Assembly: GCA_964646925.1 (NCBI GenBank)
Contig: CAZYIC010000001.1
Coordinates: forward strand, 1 to 58,743
From: an uncultured Gammaproteobacteria bacterium
GTDB lineage: Bacteria > Patescibacteriota > Microgenomatia > Levybacterales > UBA12049
DNA: 58,743 nt
Direction of reading: 5' to 3'
Shown piece after piece: positions 35,055 to 44,336 of the stretch (positions are counted from its first letter, which is position 1; each line of letters opens with the position of its first letter). The notes under the pieces were generated by a model that was not told the DNA's origin, made no database searches, and saw only the letters and a list, made by a program, of their open reading frames with translations. The translations under genes and the position numbers were made by a program.

Positions 35055-36199
35055 ACTGGAGTTAAATCAATTACTTTTTTTCTTTGCCAGATTACCTTAC
35101 TATACATTGTAAAATTCCAAATCAAAAGAAAAAATGTTCCTATCAAAAAATAGATAAAGTAATTTTCTTTTCCGAACAAATATGTTAAAACAAAAATTGT
35201 TCCTGTTTGAATTACCACTACTCCCAAACCGGAACTGAGATAAAAACCAATTAATTTCAAAAAATAAGAACTTATATTCTGAGCTTTTCTGTCTCTAAAT
35301 GTCCAAATATTGTTAAAATTGTAATTGGAAAAAATTGCCAATACTCCGCCTATCAAATTAGCGGAAGCCGGATGCCAACTAAAACCTTCCACCAATATTC
35401 TCAAAACTACTGCGTTTATTATAAAACCAACGCCTCCGACAGTTAAAAATTTTCCGAATTTTCCAAAAATTAATTCCTTGATCCTTGCAAAAACCACATA
35501 TTGAACAACATCTGTTATGTAGCCTAATGGGGCAATTTTGGAATCACCAAGAGTCCTATCGCTAAAACGGAATGGGACTTCACCGATCTTAAAACCGTCT
35601 CTTATAGCTTTATGCAGAAAAGATATTTGAAAAATATATCCTCTAAAATTAGTCAGCTTGTCTTTTTCCTTCAGAAAAACTTCTTTTTTTAACGCTCTAT
35701 ACCCGCCTGTCCAATCATGTATGGAAAATTTTGCAAAAACAGTTCTGACAAAAATATTTGCAATAACTGAAAATATTTTTCTAGAAAGCGGCCAATTTTC
35801 CGGGATCGAACCCCCGTCACTGTACCGATTTCCCACAACCATGTCATAACCCTCTTCAATTTTTTTTATAAATTGCGGGATTTTGTACGGATCATGCTGT
35901 AAATCAGCATCTATCTCAAACATCACATCTGCATTTAATTTTTTAACCGCATATGTCATCCCTCTAATGTAGGCTGCTCCCAATCCATTTCTGACAGCGC
36001 TTGAAATACTGATATTTTTCCATTTCTTCATCAGCTTTTCTACTTCCTTGCCTGTTCCGTCCGGAGAATTATCATCTGCCACAAGAATGTGCATTTCATG
36101 ATTTTTGATCTTTGGAAAAACTTCTTCTTCAAGAATAGCAATCAATCGCTCAATATTTCCTTTTTCGTTGTAAGTCGCGGGAATGACAACTATTTTCAT
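35051..36199 (-). CDS. GT2 polyprenyl-phosphate glycosyl synthase fused to a GtrA-like C-terminal membrane domain
   Basis: IPATYNEKGNI...LVADDNSPDGTG...EIDADLQHDP (Dpm1-like), plus a C-terminal 4-TM GtrA pattern (FLTVGGVGFIIN...FSNYNFNNIWTF). Confidence 0.85.
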   Translation of the reverse strand: MKIVVIPATYNEKGNIERLIAILEEEVFPKIKNHEMHILVADDNSPDGTGKEVEKLMKKWKNISISSAVRNGLGAAYIRGMTYAVKKLNADVMFEIDADLQHDPYKIPQFIKKIEEGYDMVVGNRYSDGGSIPENWPLSRKIFSVIANIFVRTVFAKFSIHDWTGGYRALKKEVFLKEKDKLTNFRGYIFQISFLHKAIRDGFKIGEVPFRFSDRTLGDSKIAPLGYITDVVQYVVFARIKELIFGKFGKFLTVGGVGFIINAVVLRILVEGFSWHPASANLIGGVLAIFSNYNFNNIWTFRDRKAQNISSYFLKLIGFYLSSGLGVVVIQTGTIFVLTYLFGKENYFIYFLIGTFFLLIWNFTMYSKVIWQRKKVIDLTPV

Positions 36200-36203
36200 A
36201 TGT

Positions 36204-37166
36204 TTATAAATTTTTAAAATATTCTATTGTTTTTTTCAATCCCTCTTCAATTGCAATTTTTGGTTTCCATCCTAAAATTCTTTCTGCTTTTCCTATATCT
36301 GGATTTCTTGTTTTGGGATCATCGACAGGTAAATCTTCAAACATAATTTCGGATTTTGAATTAGTCAGGTCTTTAATAAGATTGGCCATAGCTAAAATCG
36401 TTCTCTCGTCAGGATTTCCTAAATTAAAAACTTCCCCGGTTGATTTTTCGGAAAACATTGCGCGCTTTAGACCGTCTATCATATCATCTACATAACAAAA
36501 GCTTCTGGTTTGACTGCCATTTCCATAAATAGTTATATCCGAATTATTTATTGTCTGATTTATAAAGTTAGATACGACCCTACCGTCGTCTTTTTGCATA
36601 TTTGAACCATAGGTATTAAAAATACGAATAATTCTGACATCCAAATCGTGCTTTCTAAAATAAGCCATCGTAATTGCTTCACCAAATCTTTTTCCTTCAT
36701 CGTAAACACTTCGCACTCCATTTGGATTCACATTTCCAAAATAACCTTCCTTCTGAGGAGAAACAAGCGGATCGCCATATATCTCGGACGAAGAGGCGTA
36801 AAGGAACTTAGCGTTAAACCTTCTCGCTTGCTCCAAAAGATTATAAGTGCCTTGTGAATTAACAAGCAGAGTTTCTATCGGATAATTTATATAACTTCTT
36901 TTACTTTTTTTATTAGGTGAAGCAGGACTTGCTAGGTGAAAAATATAGTCCAGCTTTTTACCTTCGATATTCCATTTTCCGTTTGGATCTACAATATCTC
37001 CTTCAACGAAACTAAAAGCAGGGTTTTGGACTAAACTTTCAATATTCTTTTTATCCCCGGTTATAAGATTATCAACACAGATAACTTCATAATTATTATC
37101 TAACAAGCTTTTACATAAATGCGATCCTATAAATCCAGCTCCTCCGGCAACCAAAATAACCTCCAT
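36204..37166 (-). CDS. uxs: UDP-glucuronate decarboxylase (UDP-xylose synthase)
   Basis: GGAGFIGSHL Rossmann motif, and YDEGKRFGE typical of UXS-type SDR enzymes. Confidence 0.75.
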   Translation of the reverse strand: MEVILVAGGAGFIGSHLCKSLLDNNYEVICVDNLITGDKKNIESLVQNPAFSFVEGDIVDPNGKWNIEGKKLDYIFHLASPASPNKKSKRSYINYPIETLLVNSQGTYNLLEQARRFNAKFLYASSSEIYGDPLVSPQKEGYFGNVNPNGVRSVYDEGKRFGEAITMAYFRKHDLDVRIIRIFNTYGSNMQKDDGRVVSNFINQTINNSDITIYGNGSQTRSFCYVDDMIDGLKRAMFSEKSTGEVFNLGNPDERTILAMANLIKDLTNSKSEIMFEDLPVDDPKTRNPDIGKAERILGWKPKIAIEEGLKKTIEYFKNL

Positions 37167-37169
37167 AAT

Positions 37170-38141
37170 TTATCTTTCTTTTCTCTCCATTGCCAAATCT
37201 GACTTAACCATCATTTCTACCAACTCCCTGAAACTGGTTTTTGGCTGCCAACCTAAAGCTTTTCTGGCTTTTGTTGCGTCCCCTACCAGGTAATCAACCT
37301 CTGCGGGACGCATGTGGGAAGATTTATTCGATATTACATATTTATCCCAATTATTTATACCCACTACTTTAAATGCCATATCCAAAAACTCTTTTACACT
37401 ATGATTTTCTCCTGTTGCGATTACATAATCATCTGCTTTATTCTGCTGCATCATAAGCCACATTGCCTCAACATAATCTCCTGCAAATCCCCAGTCTCGT
37501 TTTGGCTCCAAAGCGCCAAGTTCCAGTTTTTCCTGTTTGCCTAAGCTAATTCTTGCTACTCCATGACTTATTTTTCTAGTTACAAATTCCAAACCCCTTC
37601 TCGGAGACTCATGATTAAAAAGAATGCCTGAAACTGCAAATATACCATAACTTTCTCTATAATTTACCGTTATATAATGTCCATATACCTTAGCAACACC
37701 ATAAGGACTTCTTGGGTGAAATTTAGTAGTTTCTTTCTGGGGAGTTTCCGATACTTTGCCAAACATTTCCGAACTGGAGGCTTGATAAAATTTTATTTTC
37801 GGATTTACAGATCTAATCGCCTCAAGCAGACGGGTTACTCCCAAAGCTGTAAATTCTCCTGTTAATACAGGCTGATTCCAGGATGTCCGAACAAAAGACT
37901 GGGCTGCCAAATTATAAACCTCATCCGGTTCTGCCTCCAAAAGAGCGGCAGACAATGATCCCTGATCTAAAAGATCGCCCTGCAAGATAGTAATCTTATC
38001 CTGAATATGCCTTATTCTTTCATTGTTGGTAGTGCTTGATCTTCTGGTAGTCCCATATACTTTATATCCCTTGTTGAGCAAAAATTCAGCAAGATATGAT
38101 GCGTCTTGTCCGGTAATTCCGGTTATTAAAGCTTTTTTCAT
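37170..38141 (-). CDS. gmd: GDP-mannose 4,6-dehydratase
   Basis: [23 protein letters not shown] and SPYGVAKVY motifs. Confidence 0.92.
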   Translation of the reverse strand: MKKALITGITGQDASYLAEFLLNKGYKVYGTTRRSSTTNNERIRHIQDKITILQGDLLDQGSLSAALLEAEPDEVYNLAAQSFVRTSWNQPVLTGEFTALGVTRLLEAIRSVNPKIKFYQASSSEMFGKVSETPQKETTKFHPRSPYGVAKVYGHYITVNYRESYGIFAVSGILFNHESPRRGLEFVTRKISHGVARISLGKQEKLELGALEPKRDWGFAGDYVEAMWLMMQQNKADDYVIATGENHSVKEFLDMAFKVVGINNWDKYVISNKSSHMRPAEVDYLVGDATKARKALGWQPKTSFRELVEMMVKSDLAMERKER

Positions 38142-38162
38142 AAAAAGAGATATCTTATTATT

Positions 38163-39131
38163 TTAAATTATATTTCTCCAATAGTCCAGAGTATCCCTAA
38201 GCGTTGTCTCAATGGGAATTGTGGGTTTCCAGCCCGTTAACTTTGTAAATTTGCCGGCATCACATACCAAATCGGGATTATCTATGGGTCTTAATAAATT
38301 TTTGTCAACCCTTATTTTTATTTTTTTTGTGGAGAAAGAAATCATTTCGCTTAAAACATCGCTAATTTTATAAGAAACACCGGATCCGATATTGTAAACG
38401 TCTCCAAATTTTCCTTTCTCTATAGCCATCTCATATGCTCTGGCCATGTCTCTTACGTCGGTAAAGTCTCTTCTTGTCTCCAAATTACCAACTGATAAAA
38501 ATTGCTCCCGGCCCCTTTCTATTTCCGCGATTTTTTTAGCAATCGATGCCACAACAAAATGCGGAGACTGTCTTGGACCAATATGATTAAATGGCCTAAC
38601 TCTAACTATTTTTAGATCATAAGATAAAAAATATTGCAAAGCTAAAAAATCCTGGGCTATTTTAGAAACTGCATATGGACTAAGAGGCATAATAGGCGTA
38701 TTCTCATCTATCGGCAAATTTTCTTTTTTAACTACTCCATAGATATCCGCAGAAGAAATAATTAAAATTTTTGTATCAAATAAATTATTCATTTTTATAG
38801 CATTTAAGATATTGACCTCGGCAATTATGTTGTTCGTTAACGTTTTCTGAGGATCTTTAAAACTATTTGCTGGAGATGGTAGAGCTGCCAAGTGGAAAAT
38901 TAAATCCGGCTTTATTTTTCCAATAAGAGCATTGCATCCTTCCGGGAACATTAGGTCAATTTTAAAAAGTCTTATTTCATTCTTTATTCTTTCTATGTTA
39001 TTGAGCCCCTGATTAAATAAATATGTGCCGTATACTTCATGCAGCTTCTTGGAAACCAGATGTTCTGCAAGGTAACTTCCGGCAAATCCGGTAATTCCTG
39101 TTATGAGAACTTTTTTTGTAGGGGAATTCAT
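38163..39131 (-). CDS. rmd: GDP-4-dehydro-6-deoxy-D-mannose reductase (Rmd-like)
   Basis: ITGITGFAGSYL, SPYAVSK, VRPFNHIGPRQ and VGNLETRRDFTDVRDM closely follow the Rmd pattern as I recall it from Pseudomonas Rmd. Confidence 0.65.
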   Translation of the reverse strand: MNSPTKKVLITGITGFAGSYLAEHLVSKKLHEVYGTYLFNQGLNNIERIKNEIRLFKIDLMFPEGCNALIGKIKPDLIFHLAALPSPANSFKDPQKTLTNNIIAEVNILNAIKMNNLFDTKILIISSADIYGVVKKENLPIDENTPIMPLSPYAVSKIAQDFLALQYFLSYDLKIVRVRPFNHIGPRQSPHFVVASIAKKIAEIERGREQFLSVGNLETRRDFTDVRDMARAYEMAIEKGKFGDVYNIGSGVSYKISDVLSEMISFSTKKIKIRVDKNLLRPIDNPDLVCDAGKFTKLTGWKPTIPIETTLRDTLDYWRNII

Positions 39132-40420
39132 CGACCAACTCCAGTATATATAAATCCAATTTCTCTCAATTTATGGGGCTCGTAGATATTTCTTCCGTCA
39201 AGCAGAATTGGCTTCTTCATGGATTTTTTTATATTTGATAAATCAAGCTGTCTGAATTCATTCCATTCAGTCATCACAATTAAGATATCGCAATCTTTGG
39301 CAACTTCGTAGGAATCCTTACGAAATTCAATATTTTTCAACATCCTTTTAGCATTATTCATAGCGATAGGATCGTATGCTTTTATCCTTGCGCCTTCTCT
39401 CTGCAGCTTGTTTATGACGATAATCGAAGGCGCATCTCTCATATCGTCCGTATTTGGCTTAAAAGATAAACCAAGTATCCCGACTGTTTTCCCTCTTATT
39501 TTTCCGTCCAATAATTTTTTTGCTTTTTGGACAATACCCAATATAGCATACTTATTAATTGCTTCAACATCTTCAAGAAGAGAGAAATTGTATCCTGCAT
39601 TTTTGGCAATGGCAATCATGGCTTTTACATCTTTTGGAAAACAGCTTCCCCCATATCCTGCTCCCGCAGATAAAAATTCGCTGCCGACCCTTTTGTCAAA
39701 TCCCACTGCTTCCAAAACTTTTAATCCGTCTGCGCCTGTTAGTTCTGAAAGGTATGCGATTGCATTTGCAAAAGAAATTTTTGTAGCCAGAAAAGAATTA
39801 GCCGCATATTTAATCATCTCGGCAGTTTCAATATTTGTTAAGACATATTTTCCATCAATAGGCTCATGGAGTTCTACTAATAATTTTTCAGCAACCTTTG
39901 AATCTGTACCCATCACAATTCTATCAGGATGAAGAGTATCTGATATAGCTTGCCCTTCCCTTAAGAATTCCGGAACCGAAGCGATATCGAATGTCGCACC
40001 AGTTGGTTTTGACTTATTAATAATTTCTTTTGTTGTTTTATTCGTTCCAACGGGTACCGTACTTTTTGTAACAACAACCGTATATCCTCCCAGATTCTCT
40101 CCGATTTTCGAGGCCACTTCAAAAACGACTGACAAATCAGCTTCACCGGTCGGTTTGGGAGGAGTACCTACCGCTATAAAGACTACATCTGAATTTGGAA
40201 TGGATTCTTTATAATCCAAAGTAAATAATAATCTTTTTGCCTTTACGTTTCTTTTTACAATTTCTTCGAGTCCCGGTTCGTAAATAGGCAGTATGCCTTT
40301 TTTAAGATTCTCTATTTTTTTATATGTATGCCCGATAACCCAAACCGTATTCCCCAAATCTGCAAAAACAGAAGCGGTTACGAGTCCAACGTATCCATGT
40401 CCTACAAAAGTAATCGTCAT
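39128..40420 (-). CDS. ugd: UDP-glucose 6-dehydrogenase
   Basis: N-terminal GHGYVGL Rossmann motif and catalytic GGSCFPKD. Confidence 0.93.
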   Translation of the reverse strand: MTITFVGHGYVGLVTASVFADLGNTVWVIGHTYKKIENLKKGILPIYEPGLEEIVKRNVKAKRLLFTLDYKESIPNSDVVFIAVGTPPKPTGEADLSVVFEVASKIGENLGGYTVVVTKSTVPVGTNKTTKEIINKSKPTGATFDIASVPEFLREGQAISDTLHPDRIVMGTDSKVAEKLLVELHEPIDGKYVLTNIETAEMIKYAANSFLATKISFANAIAYLSELTGADGLKVLEAVGFDKRVGSEFLSAGAGYGGSCFPKDVKAMIAIAKNAGYNFSLLEDVEAINKYAILGIVQKAKKLLDGKIRGKTVGILGLSFKPNTDDMRDAPSIIVINKLQREGARIKAYDPIAMNNAKRMLKNIEFRKDSYEVAKDCDILIVMTEWNEFRQLDLSNIKKSMKKPILLDGRNIYEPHKLREIGFIYTGVGR

Positions 40421-40434
40421 AAATTATTTCCAAT

Positions 40435-40514
40435 GTCATTCTGAACGAAGGGACGCACCGTCTGGTGCATCCCGAAGTGAAGAATCCAGATCCTTCGTTT
40501 CACTCAGGATGACA
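40435..40514. repeat. Family-1 palindromic element, copy d; 80 bp between ugd and rfbD, supplying the rfbD stop codon
   Basis: GTCATTCTGAACGAAG-[GGACGCACC GTCT GGTGCATCC]-CGAAGTGAAG...CTCAGGATGACA. The rfbD ORF ends LSS-TGA inside the terminal repeat. Confidence 0.8.
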
Positions 40515-41367
40515 ACTGGGACTTAATCTTTCTTAATCCTTCTTCGAACGTCCTCATCTTAACACCCAATCTAGCTATTTTATCATTTTTCAATGCTAAT
40601 TGAAAAGGCCTAGGCGCGCGGTCATTGAAAAAAATTGATCTGGTAGTTTTATTGATTTTGGACTTGTCTAAATGAAATTCATCTGCTATTAAATTCGCAG
40701 CATCAAAAGGCGTTGAGCTTTGGCTTCCCACACAATGAAATATGCCTTGCAAATTATTTTTAATTAAGACATTAATTGCAAGGGCAATATCGTCAATAAA
40801 GGTTGGCGTAAAAATATGATCAGAAACCGCAGCAACAGGATACCCTTTTTGCAATTGCTGGAGAATCGCACGGACAAAATCCGGCCGTCCAAACACCGCT
40901 CTATAAGGAGAGGCAATTCTGACAATTATCCAAGGAGTTCTTAATCCCCGGACAATTTTCTCCCCTTCATATTTTGTTTTCGCATACCAATTGATCGGAT
41001 TTTGAATGTCTTCCTCAGCATATCCGCCGGCTGGCGGATTTTCTCCGTCAAAAACAAAATCCGTAGAAATATAGATTAATTTTTTGTTTGTCTGCCCACA
41101 TGCTTCAGCAACATTTCTTGCCCCTTCTACATTAACTTTCCAGGCTTCCCCCTCAACTCCCAAAGGTTTATCTTTTTCGCATCCGTCAACATCTGTTTTT
41201 GCCGCTAAATGAAGAATAATTGAGGCGTCAGAGGATTTAATTTTTTCAGAAATTTTATTGCGATCCGTTATGTCAACATCTGAAGATTCAAACTCGTATT
41301 TATCTTTAAGAAGTTCAACAATCCTTGACCCGACTAATCCATTTAGCCCCGTCCCCAAAACCTTCAT
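40504..41367 (-). CDS. rfbD: dTDP-4-dehydro-6-deoxyhexose reductase (RfbD-like)
   Basis: 287 aa. The GxxGxxG variant GTGLNGLVGSR and the overall RmlD length and pattern. Confidence 0.75.
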   Translation of the reverse strand: MKVLGTGLNGLVGSRIVELLKDKYEFESSDVDITDRNKISEKIKSSDASIILHLAAKTDVDGCEKDKPLGVEGEAWKVNVEGARNVAEACGQTNKKLIYISTDFVFDGENPPAGGYAEEDIQNPINWYAKTKYEGEKIVRGLRTPWIIVRIASPYRAVFGRPDFVRAILQQLQKGYPVAAVSDHIFTPTFIDDIALAINVLIKNNLQGIFHCVGSQSSTPFDAANLIADEFHLDKSKINKTTRSIFFNDRAPRPFQLALKNDKIARLGVKMRTFEEGLRKIKSQLSS

Positions 41368-41373
41368 TAGAAC

Positions 41374-41382
41374 ATTATAACA
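41374..41382 (-). promoter_or_regulatory. Extended -10 promoter (TGTTATAAT) placed 6 nt upstream of the rfbD ATG; predicts a leaderless mRNA
   Basis: Minus strand reads TGTTATAAT-GTTCTA-ATG, inside a 195-nt intergenic gap. Confidence 0.45.
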
Positions 41383-41562
41383 TCTTTAAAAAACACATGA
41401 AAATTCCCATTAAATACAGCTGCAAAATTCTAAAGTCTTAAATTTTAATCTTGAATATTGACAAACTATAAGTACCTAAATTACTATGTTTTTCAGTTCA
41501 ATGATTCAAACTGTTGAATTGCAATAGAATGAATAAGAAAGACTCAGGCAATGAAATCATAT

Positions 41563-42576
41563 CTATGATTCTCCATATTGTTCTTTGTAGTATTTTTGAT
41601 AGGAGCCATCTTTAACATCTTTCCACCATTTTTCATTTTTTTGATACCATTCAACAGTTTTTGAAAGATATTCATCGAAATTATGAAGAGGCTTCCATCC
41701 TAATTCATTTTTAATCTTTGACCAATCAACAGCGTAACGCCGATCATGCCCCGGTCTGTTTTTTACATATTTAATAAAACCTTCATCTTTACCCATTACT
41801 CTTAATATTTTTTTAATTACTTGCAAATTTGAAATATCATCTGTCATTCCGCCTACCAGATATGTTTCGCCAACCTTTCCTTTACTTAGAGCTAAATCTA
41901 TTGCACGGCAATGATCCACAACGTATAACCAATCTCTTACATAGAGTCCATCACCATAAACCGGAACTTTTTTGCCTTCTAAAATATTTGTTATTGCCAG
42001 TGAAATAAACTTTTCCGGAAATTGATAGGGACCAAAATTATTAGAACAATTTGTTATTGTAATCGGCAAACCATAAGTTTCAGAATATGCCCTCACTAAA
42101 TGATCTGAACCTGCTTTGCTTGCCGAATAAGGACTTCTGGGATTATAATTTGTTCGTTCAGTAAATTTACTCTTATCTTCAAGCTCAAGACTCCCATAAA
42201 CCTCATCTGTAGATATATGATGAAAACGTTTAACTTTGTGTTTTAGAGCCACATCTAAAAGAACTTGAGTTCCGACAACATTAGTTAGAACAAAATCCGA
42301 AGGTTTTAAAATTGATCTGTCTACATGGCTTTCTGCGGCAAAATGCACGACTACATCCATACTGCCCATTGCCTGGTCAACAGTATCTAAATCACAAATA
42401 TCTCCATGAATAAATCTATAGTTGGGATTTTCTTCGACCTCTTTGAGGTTTTCCAAATTTCCGGCATAAGTTAAGCTATCAAGATTTATAATTTTATCAT
42501 CAGGATAATTTTTCATCCAGTAAAGAACAAAATTAGATCCTATAAAACCTGCCCCTCCTGTTACCAAAAGTTTCAT
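41563..42576 (-). CDS. rfbB: dTDP-glucose 4,6-dehydratase
   Basis: GGAGFIGSNF, HISTDEVYG and SPYSASKAGSDHL motifs. Confidence 0.93.
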   Translation of the reverse strand: MKLLVTGGAGFIGSNFVLYWMKNYPDDKIINLDSLTYAGNLENLKEVEENPNYRFIHGDICDLDTVDQAMGSMDVVVHFAAESHVDRSILKPSDFVLTNVVGTQVLLDVALKHKVKRFHHISTDEVYGSLELEDKSKFTERTNYNPRSPYSASKAGSDHLVRAYSETYGLPITITNCSNNFGPYQFPEKFISLAITNILEGKKVPVYGDGLYVRDWLYVVDHCRAIDLALSKGKVGETYLVGGMTDDISNLQVIKKILRVMGKDEGFIKYVKNRPGHDRRYAVDWSKIKNELGWKPLHNFDEYLSKTVEWYQKNEKWWKDVKDGSYQKYYKEQYGES

Positions 42577-42639
42577 GCTCCTTCGCCTTTCATTTTAATT
42601 ACTTTTGCAAATTTCATATTAATTATTCTTCCAAAGTCT

Positions 42640-42693
42640 GGCTTTAGGCTTCGGAAGCATGACCCTTCCGTAATCTTGATGAAGGAGGGTCAT
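42640..42693. repeat. Family-2 GC-rich palindromic element (GCTTCGGAAGC + ATGACCC...GGGTCAT), copy a
   Basis: Lies between the NUDIX stop and the rfbB start. The NUDIX TGA stop (42692-42690) lies inside the GGGTCAT arm. Confidence 0.65.
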
Positions 42694-43250
42694 AATTTTC
42701 CTTGAGATCTTAATTTCTCGAGAATAAGTATTCCAATCATGCTAGATGAATGGTTAATTTCACCTGTCATAACTTTTTCTACGGCCTCGTTCAAAGGCAT
42801 TTTCACAACTGCAATCTCCTCATCTTCATCTAGCTTATTTTCCCCCATCTCTAATCCCTTTGCCAAAAAGAGATTTACTGCGCCTTTAAAAACACTGCCT
42901 GCCATTTGAACTCTCGCTATCTCCTCCAGCTGTTGAGCTTCCATCCCTGTCTCTTCCTTTAATTCTCTTCTTGCAGCAGCAACCGTTGTTTCATTCTTCT
43001 CCATGTAGCCCGCTACTGCCTCTAAAACTGTTTTCTTTAGCATGGATCTATATTGAGAGATCAGATAAATCTCGTAACGGTCAGTTAATGGAAAAACCGA
43101 AACAGCCGGGGTCCGTTCTGCCTCATGGTGAATCTTTCTTTTCCCCGTACTATTTTCAAGCTCTATCTCTTTAACATTAAGAAACTTTGCCTTTAAAATA
43201 GATTTTTGAGAAATAACTTTCCATCGGCTCATTTTTTTTGAGTAGCCCAA
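42690..43250 (-). CDS. NUDIX hydrolase (ADP-ribose/nucleotide-sugar pyrophosphatase-like)
   Basis: Nudix box GYMEKNETTVAAARRELKEETG. Confidence 0.8.
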   Translation of the reverse strand: MGYSKKMSRWKVISQKSILKAKFLNVKEIELENSTGKRKIHHEAERTPAVSVFPLTDRYEIYLISQYRSMLKKTVLEAVAGYMEKNETTVAAARRELKEETGMEAQQLEEIARVQMAGSVFKGAVNLFLAKGLEMGENKLDEDEEIAVVKMPLNEAVEKVMTGEINHSSSMIGILILEKLRSQGKL

Positions 43251-43957
43251 TAAGAACCTGACTTAAAAAGGCTGTCGAATGTTCCTGCGTCACTCCAGAA
43301 TCCCGTCAACTCTTCCCATCTTAGTTTTTTCTCTTTAACATAATAGTTATTTACTTCTGTTATCTCCAATTCTCCTCTTCCTGCAAAATTTGGATTACAC
43401 TTTCTAATATAATCAAAAACTTTATTATCATAAATATAAACACCGGTTACTGCGTACTTTGATTTAGGCTCTTTTGGTTTTTCTTCAATCTTAATTATGT
43501 TCTTTGCGTTTTGTGGATCAAATTGAGGCACCCCAAAACGTTTTAAATCGGAGACCTTCTTAAGGAAAACTACCGCTCCGTCCTTAAATCTCTTAACTGG
43601 CTCAGAGATATCAGAATCCGTAGTATTGTCTCCCAAAATAACAGCAATAGGATTTTTATCTGCAAAATCCTCGGCCAGAGATAGGGCATCCGCAATGCCC
43701 CCATCCGGCTTTTCCTGATAAGCATATTCCAGATGTTTAACGCCTAAAGCTTTTCCATTCTTCAAAACCCCCAAAAAATGGCCTACGTGAGGACCTGAAG
43801 TGATAATCAAAATATCCGTTATGCCTGCATTAACCAGGGTTTGAATTGGATAAAAAATCATTGGCTTATTATATACGGGAAGCAAATGTTTGTTAGTTAC
43901 GTGAGTTAACGGATAAAGTCTTGTACCAAGACCGCCTGCCAAAATCACTCCTCTCAT
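43229..43957 (-). CDS. rfbA: Glucose-1-phosphate thymidylyltransferase-like sugar nucleotidyltransferase
   Basis: MRGVILAGGLGTRLYPLT (GGxGTRL), and the 242-aa short form. Confidence 0.85.
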   Translation of the reverse strand: MRGVILAGGLGTRLYPLTHVTNKHLLPVYNKPMIFYPIQTLVNAGITDILIITSGPHVGHFLGVLKNGKALGVKHLEYAYQEKPDGGIADALSLAEDFADKNPIAVILGDNTTDSDISEPVKRFKDGAVVFLKKVSDLKRFGVPQFDPQNAKNIIKIEEKPKEPKSKYAVTGVYIYDNKVFDYIRKCNPNFAGRGELEITEVNNYYVKEKKLRWEELTGFWSDAGTFDSLFKSGSYWATQKK

Positions 43958-44031
43958 GCCACTTCGCTTATCCTTTCTTTAAATAATATTTCTAACATAT
44001 TAACATTTAAACTCTTTAACCTCTTGCTCAA

Positions 44032-44076
44032 GCTTCGAGGCATGACCCTCCGAAGCCTTGGCGAAGGACGGGTCAT
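44032..44076. repeat. Family-2 GC-rich palindromic element, copy b
   Basis: GCTTCGAGGC-ATGACCCTCCGAAGCCTTGGCGAAGGACGGGTCAT. The stop codon of ORF 44073-44336 lies inside the GGGTCAT arm. Confidence 0.65.
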
Positions 44077-44336
44077 ATTGTATTTAAAAGAAAAAATATG
44101 GTTGTCAAACCGAAAGCCCCAATCAGCATATATTCTATCACAATTTTTACATTTAAATCATGATTAAGAAGATGATGCATGATTCCCCATAAAACATAGA
44201 AAAAGGTAGTTGCGATAATTACTCCGATTTGAAAAGTTCTGTTCGAGTTGTTGGCGGATGCCAGCACAAAACCAAGAACAAGTATAATAACAAGAGAAAT
44301 GTAATATCCGCTATGTTGATATAATCTTAAAAACAT
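44073..44336 (-). CDS. Small hydrophobic membrane protein (3 TM)
   Basis: 87-aa ORF, translationally coupled to the upstream CAP-domain gene (ATG and TAA share position 44336). Confidence 0.45.
   Translation of the reverse strand: MFLRLYQHSGYYISLVIILVLGFVLASANNSNRTFQIGVIIATTFFYVLWGIMHHLLNHDLNVKIVIEYMLIGAFGLTTIFFLLNTI

Noticed and set aside
39408-39932. Long antisense or shadow ORFs inside well-supported genes: 39408-39932 in ugd, 45653-46069 in tsaC, 56951-57436 in secA, 24989-25351 in cca, 31219-31527 in the DUF3048 gene, 1909-2226 in the GT-C gene, 658-846 in the YfhO-like gene, and others
   Set aside because: Each lies wholly within a CDS on the opposite strand or in another frame of a gene with clear family motifs. 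They have low-complexity, Ser/Leu/Phe-rich composition typical of shadow frames in AT-rich DNA.
41368-41562. Hidden rfbC or small gene in the 195-nt rfbB-rfbD gap
   Set aside because: No ORF of useful length occurs in any frame. The region is AT-rich and contains the rfbD promoter.
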